From assembly GCA_964187785.1 (NCBI GenBank), contig OZ076413.1, positions 41,914,001-41,978,000 of the forward strand: a DNA stretch of 64,000 bases. Direction: 5' to 3'. Below, piece by piece: positions 48,446-60,547 of the stretch (position 1 is its first letter; every line of letters begins with the position of its first letter). The translations under genes were made by a program, and so were the position numbers. The stretch comes from Amphiscolops sp. MND2022 (taxonomy: Eukaryota). The notes beneath the pieces were generated by a model. The model was not told the origin of the DNA, searched no databases, and worked only from the letters and a program-made list of their open reading frames with translations.

Positions 48446-50713
48446 TCATTTTGGATGAGGCTTTGGCTTCTTCGTCTCCGTTGGAACAGAGTCAACGGTC
48501 CCTGTTTTCACTTCCTCCCGTGCGGATGTTGTGGGAAGATTTTGGAGTTGCTCTGCTATGCGAGCCAGCCGGTCTGCATCGGTTTCGTCTCCTCCTCTTC
48601 GTCTCCAACCCAGTACTCGCTGAATGCACCGCTGCATGAGGAATAGTTGTCCCTTCTTGATCGCCCAGCACAACAGTGCACATAAAATTAAAACAATTAA
48701 TGTAACAACACACGGTAACACAATATCTTTCCACACCTTTTTGATGACGGTTGAATGAACCTTTTCGACCTCAGTTAAAAATGGCTTAGCAATTGCGTCT
48801 AGCATTTCCTCCGTAATTGCTCGGTCTGGCAATCCTGCTGAGTTTAATTTTAAATGAGATAACAATTCTTGATGGACATCTCCCATTAAAGAGGGAGGAA
48901 TTACCTCTTCTAGGTCTTTCAGATTTTCGAATAAAGGACGTAGTAGAGGGGTAGGCATGATTCGGCCGATTTCGCTGGCTTTACCTGTTGCACAGGATAC
49001 CGGGTCAGGAGTCAAGAACAAGCCAGCGTTCGGGAGCTGCAGTCTTCCTTCACACGTAGGCCGAACTAGACAACTTTGGCATCCGGGAACTCGGTAGTCA
49101 ATTGTGCCGGTCATATTTTGCATGGTAAAGTCGCCTTTGGCCGAGGTTAACAAATAAGTTGAATCGTATAAATATAAGGCTTGGGGATGCTGCGGAAGGG
49201 CTACAACTTCTTGTGCACACAACTTCAGTACGGTGGCAGGGAGATTAAAGAACAAACCGGTGAGACACGTCGTTTTCTGCGATTTAGTAGTCGAGAAAGG
49301 TTGTTTACATAGCCTAAGCCGGTGGGAGCCCCAACAATGCGTTGACAATTCTTGTTCGGTTACTTCCGCAAAATTTGTTTTATCCCAAGACATTAACAAA
49401 TGTGTTTTTGTAAGTTGATATTGCGTTGCGCGTTCGGAATTGGGAATCGGTTGCGGGATTGGAGTCGCTCGATATACTTCATGAATTCCGTGTCCCGCGT
49501 ACATTGGAATTTCGAGCAACATGTGTAAACCTTCATCCGTCACATACGCATCTCTTACAATTTCAAACGAATAGTAGGCGGCGATTAATTTCCTGGGGAT
49601 AGCCTCATTGAGACCGGTAACATGATAAGAGTCTAAAATTTTCTTTAACGTCGACGGCGGAATTAAAGAAATTGGCAAGTAGCCATGGACTAGCGATGAC
49701 ATAGCTTCTTGTAGCATAGACGCCATATTAGACAACGAAATGCGTCTCTGGTTGATATCATTAACGATTCTTTTATACTGAGTAGTTAGATTTTGGAAGG
49801 CGGCGGCTATAATTAGAGTGTTACGGTGTCGGTCTTGAGTTAGCCTAACAACACACTCTGCTTTCTCTACATAATCCGTTATTTCGTCTATCACTCCATT
49901 AACGGTGCTATTTAACATCTTGATGTTATCGTCTAAGGACTGTTTTAGCGTCAATAACTTTCGGCCTTCTACATCAGCAGGCAAGCGTACGGTTATCGCT
50001 TCTAACAGCTCCGTTCTCAAATAAACTACCTCATCTTGTAACACTTTAATTTCTCTGGCCAGTTCTTCAATAATTTCCCGTTCTTTACTTCGGCACACGG
50101 ATCCAAAGGGGATCAGGTCATCAACGAAGCAGGAGATTTTATCTGTCACGGAGCCAAATATCGGGCGCAAAAAGACATGAGCTAGCTCACTTCCGATCAT
50201 CGATCCCGCTACGGTTCCAACAATAGATCGAGAGTAGCGATTAGGTTTTTCTAACAGAATGTCGTCTACCGTATGGTTAAGAAATACGGTTAGCGCTCTC
50301 CGCATTGCTAGCCAATCTTGTTGAAACATTTTATGGCTTTGAAAAATTTCTGCAAGGTTGTCGCGCAAAAATCTTTTCCAATATTCGAATAAATGAGGAT
50401 CAACACATTCATGATGGAACATACGGATATCAAGGGATACTAGTCGAGCTAATGCATTGTCCAAAATTTCGTTCAGTGGTTCTGGGTCCAATTGGGGTAT
50501 TTGGGGAAACGGAATATAAGTCCAAATGGTCTTGATAGACTTAACGAGTACAACTGGCGGTTCCGGAGTGAATGCCGCGCCGGAAATAGAATGAGTACCA
50601 TTTACGAACCCGGGTTGGTTGAATCTCCGCTGGAAGTCGAAAGGGTCGAAGGTGTCTTCGTCTCCTCGAATATCACCCGTGAAAATAATGATAACAAGTA
50701 CCAAAAGTTTCAT
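48446..50713 (-). CDS. env: Envelope glycoprotein, class I fusion protein resembling baculovirus F / errantivirus Env (755 aa, intact)
   Basis: Hydrophobic signal peptide; furin-like RYSR followed by Gly-rich hydrophobic SIVGTVAGSMIG; heptad-rich helices; GYLPISLIPPSTL; Cys-rich region; TM IVLPCVVTLIVLILCALLCWAI; N-glycosylation sequons; located between pol and the PPT. Confidence 0.9.
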   Translation of the reverse strand: MKLLVLVIIIFTGDIRGDEDTFDPFDFQRRFNQPGFVNGTHSISGAAFTPEPPVVLVKSIKTIWTYIPFPQIPQLDPEPLNEILDNALARLVSLDIRMFHHECVDPHLFEYWKRFLRDNLAEIFQSHKMFQQDWLAMRRALTVFLNHTVDDILLEKPNRYSRSIVGTVAGSMIGSELAHVFLRPIFGSVTDKISCFVDDLIPFGSVCRSKEREIIEELAREIKVLQDEVVYLRTELLEAITVRLPADVEGRKLLTLKQSLDDNIKMLNSTVNGVIDEITDYVEKAECVVRLTQDRHRNTLIIAAAFQNLTTQYKRIVNDINQRRISLSNMASMLQEAMSSLVHGYLPISLIPPSTLKKILDSYHVTGLNEAIPRKLIAAYYSFEIVRDAYVTDEGLHMLLEIPMYAGHGIHEVYRATPIPQPIPNSERATQYQLTKTHLLMSWDKTNFAEVTEQELSTHCWGSHRLRLCKQPFSTTKSQKTTCLTGLFFNLPATVLKLCAQEVVALPQHPQALYLYDSTYLLTSAKGDFTMQNMTGTIDYRVPGCQSCLVRPTCEGRLQLPNAGLFLTPDPVSCATGKASEIGRIMPTPLLRPLFENLKDLEEVIPPSLMGDVHQELLSHLKLNSAGLPDRAITEEMLDAIAKPFLTEVEKVHSTVIKKVWKDIVLPCVVTLIVLILCALLCWAIKKGQLFLMQRCIQRVLGWRRRGGDETDADRLARIAEQLQNLPTTSAREEVKTGTVDSVPTETKKPKPHPK

Positions 50714-51088
50714 CCTGCGACTATACTAGCGAGTCGGAAGAGGACGAAAGTTGATAATAGGGTATAATAAGATAGCACAAGACGATAATAGGTTTTTTTA
50801 AAGGTTTCTAAAGCGTAATACGGAAGGCAAAAGTCGATCGAATTGATTGTAGAGTTGATAACTACATATTGTCTATTCTAGCGACTGGCTAAGTTGAGGT
50901 TAAATTACGGAATGAAGCAGAGTCGATAGCGATACGGATGACGCTCTTTTTCTGACTCAGCACCTCGTGACGGACTGTTCGAGCTTACGTTAATTCGATT
51001 AGTCATGCTCGCGAACGGCTAAACGAATGATGAGCTTCATTACTTCGGATGACTCAACTCACCTGACCATCACCCGAAGACATCATTG

Positions 51089-54000
51089 TTATTTTGGCTT
51101 TACCACGTGTTCGTCTATGCCGAAGCGTACTGGCGGTCGACGATTCCGTGTCGTTTCGATTATCAGCGAATCTGAACGTTCGCTTTCGTTGTCCTCTTCG
51201 TCTGAATGAGGCGAAGTATTTCTATTGTCGTTTATTTCTTCATAAACAGGAAATGAAGACTCCTCTGACGGTGCGGGGACGTCTATATACAACGGACAAT
51301 TAGTCAGAGTAGTCTCTTCGTCGTTTTCGGCGCTTATCACGCGGGGAACGTCATGAAATGACACGTGCGGCCGGTTTTTATTGGCTTGGATTTCCGCCGA
51401 AGTAGGGCGGAACACATGATACGGTCTATTTTCGGTTTCTTGATCGGATGAATCAGATTCATCCTCGATTTCTTCATAACTCGGTAGCGTCTTTGTCGCC
51501 ACTCGTTCGGATCGTTTCGGGAGGGATTCGCCAAAATACGGTTTAAGACGATTAAAATGGATATTCTGCCACTTTTCCGGGCAACCTGGCTTGCAAATCT
51601 GATAGTTCACTTCACTGGTCTGCCTCAATACTTCGTATGGACCGTGCCAAGGGAGATGGAACTTTCGGGATTTCGCTTTGTGTGGCTCGAATAACCACAC
51701 TCGGTCTCCTGTTTTAAAACTTTTTCCATGGACCTTTTTCTGATAATAATCCTTCTGACGACGCTGTTCTTTCCCCATAGTCAGTTGCGCATGACTATGT
51801 ACTTCGAATAGTTTATCACTCAACTCGGCTCCTACCTCGCCTAATTCTAAACGGGGGTCGCCAGGAGGTTTCGGATAGAATAAGTCGATCGGATAATGTG
51901 CTTCTCTCCCGTACAACATCGAAAACGGGGTCGTACCGAGGGTCTTATGTACGGTGGTATTGTACACAAAATTGACGTGGGGCAAGTAGAGATCCCACTC
52001 CTGCGGTTTTTCGGCACAATACTTAGAGATAGTATCGGCAATGACTCTATTGAACCTTTCTACTTGACCATTTCATTGGGGATGATACGGAGAAGTCCTA
52101 GTTTTATCGATCATGAAAACTTGGCAAATATCTTTCATTACTTCGCTGTTGAAGTTAGTTCCTTGATCCGTATGTAAAGTATCGGGAGCTCCAAATTTCA
52201 AAATCCACTCTTCGACTAAAGTCGTGGCCACCGTCTTAGCCGTCATGTCTTTCAAAGGAACGGCAACCGCATACTTTGTATACAAATCGGATATAACTAA
52301 AATGTATCGCGCCTGTGACTTTTTCGCTAGCGTTACGGGTCCCAAGATATCTGCTGCAACAATACGAAACGGCGCCTTTGCTTCGATTGGTTGCAAATGA
52401 GCTTTTCGACCTTTTCCCGCCGTTGATCTAGCCGCGCAACGCGTGCATTTTGCAATATACTTTTCTACACTTGACCTGAGACCAGGCCACCAAAATCTCT
52501 GTTTAATCCTTGATAACGTTTTCTCGGCTGCAAAATGACCTCCGCTAAGAGGGGAGTCATGTAACTGATGTAACACTTCGGCTCTCATAGTCGAAGGAAC
52601 GACTGCCTGCCATATTTCACGATCACGATTGCTAGGTTTCCATTTTCGATAAAGGACTCGATTGGCCAGCGCTAGCTGATCCCAATTACTCCAAAGTTCT
52701 AACGCCTCTGGACAACTCCATTCTAATGCTACTTCTCTGGGGATGGGGTTGGGCCCTAAATCTTCCAATGTACCATCTATCCGAATTCCACGTCTAACCA
52801 TTTCACGGAATAGTAATCCCGTACTACGATCCATTCTCTGACCATACGCTAGGTCGCTATCCGATCTAGTCCATGAGATATGCCCCCCCACTTGCTCTGA
52901 TACTAACATTTCTTCCGGGGTAACGACAGAACAGGCGGAATCTACACTTGATGAACGCGGGGTACCTCGTCTTGCCGAAGTCGAAGGGTACAATTGCTCT
53001 TGGTCTCTCGGTGTATACACGGAGATCGTAAAATACGAATCTTGAAACACAACCTCTAGACAAATAGCTACATTCACCCACTCCAATTCGTCATCGACGC
53101 AACCTATTCTAGGCATTGCAAGTTTGGAAATTCCATGGGAACTAGCATGTTCTTTCACTCTCAATAGACTTTCTTTCAGTACATCGTATTTGGCAACTTC
53201 TCCGTGGCAATGCTTGGTGATCAATATGTACACATAACGTCCTTTTTTAACATCTTGGTACACTAGAAAACCTCCAACACGATTTACCGACTCTGCGAGA
53301 GGTGGTAAATGGGAATACTTTTTTACGAACGATTTCATGGGATCAGTGGCTACTCTCATGTCGGCAGATACACACAATACTAAGGAATCGGGGGATTCGA
53401 AAAAATCTCCTTCTCGATAACGGACTACCTCTCTAGGTGGGTGAGAAATTTGCATTTTCAAATGCCGAGCTACATCCTCTGAGTTTTCCAATTTCTCACG
53501 AGCTTTGGTTCGGGCGGCTCGAAGATCGCGTTCGGCTTCAAACAAAGCACTATCAAATTCGGTGAATTCGGGGATCGGTCCCCTTAACGCATCTTCTTCG
53601 CCGGGCAGCCATTGGGGTACGTCATTCGGTCGTCGACTAAGTCCGTCCGCATTACAATGTTTATCACCTGGACAATGTACTATTTGATAGTCATACTCCT
53701 GAAGTTTCTGAACCATTCGAAAAGTCATTCCATCCGCATTTTGCCTAAACAACCATTGAAGACTTGCATGATCTGTGCGAATAATACATTTGGATCCGTA
53801 AATGTACGGTCTGAACCACTGGACGGCTTGAACTACACCTAGCGCTTCTCTTTTGGTTGTTGCATAATTTACCTCCGTTTTAGTTAGAACTCGCGACTCA
53901 AAGGCAATTGGATACTCTATCCCATCGATCACTTGCGACAAAACTGCGCCGAGCGCCGTATCACTAGCATCGGTATCAATAATGAACGGAAGTTCAAAAT

Positions 54001-55910
54001 TTGGAAATGCCAAAATTGGAGCTTCTAACAATCTTTTCTTCAGCGTTCGGAACGCCTTGTCATGTTCTTCGGTCCATGTGAATTTTAATCCTTTGCTCGT
54101 CAACAAATAAAGTGGCCTAGCCACTTCCGCGAAATTTTGGGCAAACTTCCGATAATAGTTGCAGAAGGCAACAAATGAGCGAACTCCGGTGACGTCGGTC
54201 GGAGGCTCCCATTCGCGTACTGCCGCTAACTTTTTCGGATCTGGTTGGATCCCTTCCTTGTTAATCACATGGCCTAGATAGTGGACCTCGGTGCGGAATA
54301 AGTTGCATTTCTTCGGTTTAAGACGTAAACCGGCTTTGCGCAAAACTATAAACACCTTTTCTAAATGCTCCAAAAGTTCTTCTGGAGTTTTGCTAAACGT
54401 TAGCACATCATCTAGGAATATGAGCACATGTTTATACAGATCTTCTTTAAAAATGTCGTTCATGTTCCTTTGGAAAGTTGGCGGGGCGTTCGTTAAGCCA
54501 AACGGCATTTTCAAGCACTCATATAATCCTCCATCCGGAGTACAAAATGCCGTTTTGTGCCGGTCTTCGGCCGCGACTGGAATCTGCCAGTAGCCACTTG
54601 CTAAATCGAGAGACGAGAAGACTCCCGCCCCTTGCAGTGCATCAATCGTTTGACCGATCCGAGGCAACGGATACGCGTCCTTTACGGTAAGGTCGTTCAA
54701 CTTTCGATAATCTATACACATTCGGTTTGAGCCATCTTTCTTAGGTACCATTACTATGGGACTACTGAAAGGACTTTTACTCGGTACGATCACTCCTTTC
54801 TCAAGCATCTCGCGAATTTCTTCACGAACGGCTTCTAATTTATGCGGAGCAATTTTGTAGGGCGAGATTTTGAACGGTTTCGCATCGCCTATGTCTATGC
54901 GGTGTTCTACTCCTACAGCGGTTCCTAACGGGTCTGAAGGCAGTGAAAACACATCTCTGTAATCACGAATCAAATCTCGCAATTTTTCCTTTATTTCGGC
55001 GTTCTCGAGTCCAGGGGTGGCTAAATTTAAAATTTCGTCAACTTCCTGTTCGAGTTTTTTGTTTATTTCGGAGGCCGCTGATACTGTGTCAGGACCGGGT
55101 ACCGTTTCGCAAACAAATGCGTCATCTCCCGGCGGGGGAACATGACCGCTTAGGACTTGCATGGGTACTTTGATGATGAAACCATCATCTTTGGGGATCG
55201 TTAGTTTTTGTTCGACTAAGTCAGTCGAGCATCGATTTTCCATCATGAACTTTCAGCCAATCATGATCTCAGGGTAGAGAACCACAACCACGAATTCATC
55301 GGAAGCAACGCACGTTCCGATTTTAACTTGTGCTTTTACGATACCTTTGGTAGGCATCTCGTTGGCTATTGGGCCTGTTAAACGACTGGGATTGGGAGCT
55401 ATTGGATTACCAATAGTCTTAGCCAATTCCAAACTCATCAAACTTCTACTAGCACCAGTGTCTATCATGGCCCAACACCGTAGGCTTTCTACTTCATAGG
55501 GGATTAAAAGCGTGGCCCCTGGAATGTATTGACTATGGGTAAGTTTTCTCGATTTTACCTCATCAGACCGGGCCTGATTTGGAAATTCCGGCTCTTTCTT
55601 GGACAAAATTTTCACAGAGCCAGGCTCCGCTTGTTTATCCTCAAAAAGATTTTGTATTGGGGGACTATTTACAACAAGGGTATGGGATTCTTTTGGGAAA
55701 AAACCTCCCGGGCCAAACTCATCACACATTTGTTTCCAAGTTTCGGGGTCGATCCGCCTACTGCGATTGCGCTGTCGCAAACGGCTATCATTACTCCTAG
55801 ACCTAGAACGAACACGCTGACTTGTTTGTGGAAAATTTGTAGCAGCTGGGGAAGGGATGGAATCCCAAGCGCGAGTAGAGCCTGCTACTGCATACTCGGC
55901 TGTCGGTAGT
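51089..55910 (-). pseudogene. pol: pol: PR - RT - RNase H - macrodomain - IN; one reading frame with two in-frame TGA stops (55253, 52073)
   Basis: MIDTGAS; CIDYRKLN, LDLASGYWQI, MPFGLTNAP, FLDD; DTDASD, RTDHASL; HDSPLSGGH...CTRC, HTDQG, HPQ*NGQVER; WHGPYEV. Confidence 0.95.
53009..53430 (-). other. TARG1/OARD1-like macrodomain within Pol
   Basis: YREGDFFESPDSLVLCVSADMR...GRYVYILITK...YDVLKESL...GISKLAMPRIGCVDDELEWVNV...VFQDSYFTISVYT matches the TARG1 signature YYLITK...LSMPRIGCGLDRLQW. Confidence 0.9.
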
Positions 55911-57280
55911 TTAAAGAATTAGACTGCGGAAGACTTGGACGTTGCTTAGCGTAGTGACCTATCGCCTTACAATTAAAACATTCCGCTTCTTCGGGGGGAG
56001 GGTGCGAAACATTTAGCTGACCCGACGATCCTGCCCTATTTAGAGGCGCGCGATAATTAGGATTGAGAGGGGCTTGAAAACGGGGAGCTTGCCAACTCTG
56101 AGGCTGCCCACCAACCGGCCGTTGCGAACTTCCTAACGCTCCTACGATCGCAGATGACATGTCTTTCATACCCTGCATTAGGATTTCGTTTTGTCTGGTC
56201 ATCATTTCGACTTGTTTCGAGGAACTTTGTTCTAAGTTTTTCGTTATTTGATCGGTTTGCTTGGATATCTGCTGGCAGATGGAATTTTCGAATCGATCAA
56301 AGCGACTTGCCACATTGGTTAAAGATGTTTGAAGGGCGGCAAATTTTTCTTCGATTTGACTATTATTCGAATAGCCAGCTCTCACTAGATCGGGATCCTC
56401 ATATTCGTCAAACGAGTAGCGCAATTTATCAAGTTTCCGCTCTCTTTTTGATTCATAAGTCTTGTGGATTATTTCCAGTTCCTGTGCTCGTTGCAAAGTT
56501 TCCCCGAAATCACGGTCACGCTCGTCTTCATACAAATTGATTTGTATTCGCGAATGAAAAAGTCCTTCAATAAATTGATCCCTCATATCACGTTCCCTTT
56601 CCCGGAGCGATTTTTCAGGAAAGGCTATATCAGCGAGTTGACGTACTCTTCTCGAGTAGTCTCTTAGGTCTTCATTTTCCAACTGTTTAACTGCTTTAAA
56701 TTCCGACCGCGTAGCTCGCTGGCTGCGATATTGCTGCATTTTGGGTTTCAAAATTTCAAGGAGTTCATCAAAACGTGGGGGATAAGAACCGGGTTTCAAT
56801 ATATCTTTTGGGGACAGTTTCAAATTCTTCAATAGCCCAAGATGTTAAACAAGTAGGTATTGCAGCAATTTTTTGACTATCATTCCACCCATTGGCTTTG
56901 GCAACTGCTTTGAAGTGTTTTACCCAATTTTCCCAGCGGTTGTAATCTTTGCTGGGGAACTTTTCTGGTTTTATTGGCGATTTTTCGTACAGGGGTTTTT
57001 GTCTTTTTCTAGATTCATTTTCAAGGACCATGGAGTCGTCAGAATCTAGGTCTGCTTCGATTTTAAATCTTTTAATTTCTTTTTCCATTTCTTTCAATCG
57101 CCGATAAGCATCTCTTTTACACTCCTTTTCCGCGTCGGCCAATCCTACGAAGGAAATTTTAGTGGACTTACTGAGGAGTGGCTTACTACCACCTGTGACG
57201 GGAGTATGGGTGCCGTTGGGATCTTCTTGGGTGGCGGGGGAAATCTGCAGGTCGTTGTCGTCGTCTCCAGACATCGTCAA
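55885..57280 (-). pseudogene. gag: gag (capsid-like core, degenerate CCHC knuckle) with one frameshift near 56795
   Basis: KPEKF...WENWVKHFKAVAKANGW; QLENEDLRDY...RDQFIEGL; CFNCKAIGHYAKQR. Confidence 0.9.
55909..55915 (-). promoter_or_regulatory. -1 ribosomal frameshift slippery site T TTA AAC at the gag/pol overlap
   Basis: Heptamer is in the gag frame (SLN); the -1 frame is open into the protease ORF; CGAGTA/TACTCG stem follows. Confidence 0.75.
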
Positions 57281-57367
57281 GAAGGGTTCAGCAACTCACA
57301 AGGGGTGAAGGGAAGGTATGGGAAAGAAGTAAGCAAAGAAAGAGGAAATAACAAAGACGCAAAGAAA

Positions 57368-57385
57368 GCCCACCCAGGAGCGCCA
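57368..57385 (-). promoter_or_regulatory. Primer-binding site, tRNA-Asn-like
   Basis: TGGCGCTCCTGGGTGGGC; resembles the complement of the tRNA-Asn(GTT) 3' end (recalled as ...GCCCACCCAGGGACGCCA). Confidence 0.75.
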
Positions 57386-57386
57386 A

Positions 57387-60300
57387 TGTAAGATTTTTAG
57401 TTTTCCAGTAGCTTTAACTATTTGTTGAGAATAGCTCCACTACAACTCAATTAAACCCGTAGGTACCATGCACGAGACAAGGACTGGCTGAGTATCTACA
57501 TAAATTTTTATTAACTTCAACCGCAAAGAAGAATCAATACAATTGAAGACGGTGGGGGTAAGTGTGACAAGGAAATCACGATCTTCACAACTTTGCTATT
57601 TTTCTCTCTTTCAGGGGTTTGTCTCGCTACTCTTGGACTGTTTGAAATTATCTTTTCGCTGATGAAAAGAAGCAGGTTGAACTTTAATTACTATACATCA
57701 AATAAATAAGTCGAGTAATAGACACAAATACAATTTCACATCCACGAATAATAGAATGAATAATATGATAACATCGATAATAGCGGAGAATAGTACTGAG
57801 TAGATTAGCAGGCATATTAGGAGGCATATAACACAAGAGAACAGTAAACAAGACTTTCAGCAAGGTTAAGTTTTTGTATCCGTGAGGATGGGGGTGATAT
57901 CGAAGATATCGGAAGAATCAACTCGCCGCAAAATCTCTATCGGTCTTGGAGTGAAAACAATAAACCGTGTATTATCAGCCCACTTAGGCTTAAACCGTGT
58001 ATTATCAGCCCACTTAGGCTTAAACCGTGTATTATCAGCCCACTTAGGCTTAAACCGTGTATTATCAGCCCACTTAGGCTCAACCGTGTATTATCAGCCC
58101 ACTTAGGCTCAACCGTGTATTATCAGCCCACTTAGGCTCTTTACATGTAATACGATAGACCAGCAGTCCACCCTACTCCCGGGTCGAAATCCGTACTAGC
58201 GAAAAGCGGGGTAGCAACAAATCAGGCAACTTCAAGTTGTTAGGCTGAAGGCACGGGCTAACCGGCCAGACGAAGTAAATCTGCAATTTCGATAGTCCGG
58301 CGTCTGATGCGGGATGCTATCGGACGCAAAGCAGCAAACCGTTCTCTAGATTTCAACTTACTTTGTGTGTCGCTAAAATGGCGCACACTTCGGCCTAAGT
58401 TACTTTTTCGGCAGTTTAGTCATATCATTATTCATAGTTTATCATCTTTCCTTTTTCGGGTTCTGACTAAGTGTTGAGCAATACAGTTTTTTCCTACTTC
58501 GGTACTGAAAGTTCATTAGAAGTACAATTTCTCAGCACGAGTCGGTCCTAGTTCCACCTCCTTGTCAATCATGACTGATGGTTTTACTTCGTTTTCAATA
58601 GAATTTAAGGGGTGGTGCTACTGACTCAGTGTTTCCCACTTTTGTAAGCACGACTTGAACTTCGGCTTACTGATTGACATTTGCACTTTTTGCCAGGTCT
58701 CTTTTTCTCACGCGGTTCCTGACAACTCTCTTCAACTAAAAATGGCTGAAGGAAACAATTTTCTACAATTTACAATGACCGAAAAGGCGATTTCAATTCA
58801 TATCAAAAAAAGTCGATTTTCGTGTTACAATTTCTAAGGGCAAAAACAAGGTGTTCCTATCACGGAAGGGCAAAAACCAAGTACACCATTTGAAAGTACA
58901 TTTCAAGGGCTACAAAAGTTTACTCCATGGTTTTCTTTCTATTTCAACTCCTTCACAGTGAAAAACGCCTTTAAAGTTTGGTAGTCAAAAATCACCCATC
59001 GGTTTTCACGCAAATCTCAACTTTGGAGTGCTAGTACTCAGTAAATTTGAAAGATACAGGCTGGGGGCTTATATACATCGTTAGCCCAAGCCATTAGGAG
59101 TATTTTGCACTTTAGATGAGGTCTCTATCTTTTCTCAACAAAATTTGATAGTACTTTTTCTGAAAGTAGTCATTTTCCCGATTTTTATGTCTGGACTTTC
59201 AACTTTGGAGGCCAATATCTCGAAACCAGGGCATTTTTCGGAAAAACGCTTCTGCTAAACGCTGTGCGCCTGGGTCTTGTGCGTCTACCCTGAAAGTTTC
59301 AGCTCGATATCGCCCAAAACGTGCGGGGGGGGTTAGCATTTTGGTAGGTCGACATCCCTATCGGCAGAGAGAAATCACAACTTTAAATTCTTGGGGGTTC
59401 TTCGCTAGCGCACCGCAGCACTCTATTTATTATTCTATTCACTCCTCCACTTTAATTCTCAAGTACGCTGTGAAGGGGGCGGCTATTGTGCGCTTACACG
59501 TTGAGTACTAAGCGATAACATGCGAAAAACGGCTTTTTAGGCCATTTTAGGGCTGTTTTTAACGTTTGCTGGCTCAGTTCTCAAAAACTACTGAATATTA
59601 TTTATTTTCCAATTAACACAAGTTAGGGCATCCATTTATCTTTAATTTAAGCCATATCCGAACATTTTTTGACAACTGTAGCGATCACACGAAATTTTTA
59701 AACGAAACTCAATTTTGGAAAATCGTCAAAATTTTATATGCACTTATTTTTAAAGCGTCTCCCCGATATGTTCCCGGGGTCGCACAACGCTCATATTCTC
59801 AACTTAAGCTCTCCTTCGGATGGGCTTTTGAATGTTGAAAACCGTTTGTTGCTATCTTTTTTCATCTTTGAGAAATCGGGTTTTGATTTTTAATTTCTAT
59901 TAGGAGGGGGGATTAATTCAAAGTGTGCGGCGGCCGTTTTCTTTTTAGCTACGCGTACAGCCACTCACAGCGCGTTCTAATTTTCATTCCTTTCGCTTTC
60001 TGACACGCTTAGGTGAGTTGCATTCAATGCTTATACCGCGTACTGTGAAGTTTCACTCTCGCATACCCTCAAATACATGTATTAACATAGTAATTTGACT
60101 AAATTTCTTTTCACAGTATTTTATGACTTCTAATGCTTTTTCTGTGGAAATTCATTACTGAAAAGTTCTTAAAGGTTTACTCAACACGTAGTCAGGTCAA
60201 AAAGGAACATTTTGGTGGTTTAATTTTTCTTATATTCGCAATAGGTATTGAGAAATTCAATGTTAAAGTTTCGTTCCGAATAGAATTTTGTTACATAGGT

Positions 60301-60547
60301 CTGAGTGGTGGCGGCCGTCTCACTGCATTAGTACGTTGCGCGGTCGCTTCATAGCAGCTAAGAATGGTTATTTTAGTTGTCCGCGAGACTAAAGACAATA
60401 TTATTGACATTAAACAAAAGTGTGAGGTACTTGAAGTACTTATTGTAATCTTTACTTTTATACGATATCACCCCGTAAAATCTACCTTGCTGATGAACTA
60501 AAATTTAATAAACACCAAATCATGAGCGAAAAGTCCAAAATCCTACA
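57387..60547 (-). repeat. 5' LTR (3161 bp)
   Basis: Direct repeat of 44747-47906, adjacent to the PBS. Confidence 0.97.
57961..58138. repeat. Minisatellite, 6 x 29-30 bp, inside the 5' LTR
   Basis: Same array as 45321-45498. Confidence 0.97.

Larger units (their letters stand above)
44747..60547 (-). mobile_element. Retrovirus-like Ty3/Gypsy element (gag, pol with macrodomain, env), 15.8 kb
   Basis: LTRs 44747-47906 and 57387-60547 (TG...CA, roughly 20 differences by eye), 5-bp TSD CTATG (44742-44746, 60548-60552), PPT AAGTGGGGGGGAA, 18-nt PBS. Confidence 0.97.

Noticed and set aside
52073..52075. Programmed stop-codon readthrough in pol
   Set aside because: The TGA replaces a small residue of the conserved HPQxNG motif inside the IN core; a nonsense mutation is simpler.
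44747..60547. 3.2-kb duplication as a segmental duplication or assembly error
   Set aside because: TG...CA ends, PBS, PPT, a 5-bp TSD and scattered differences identify it as an LTR pair.
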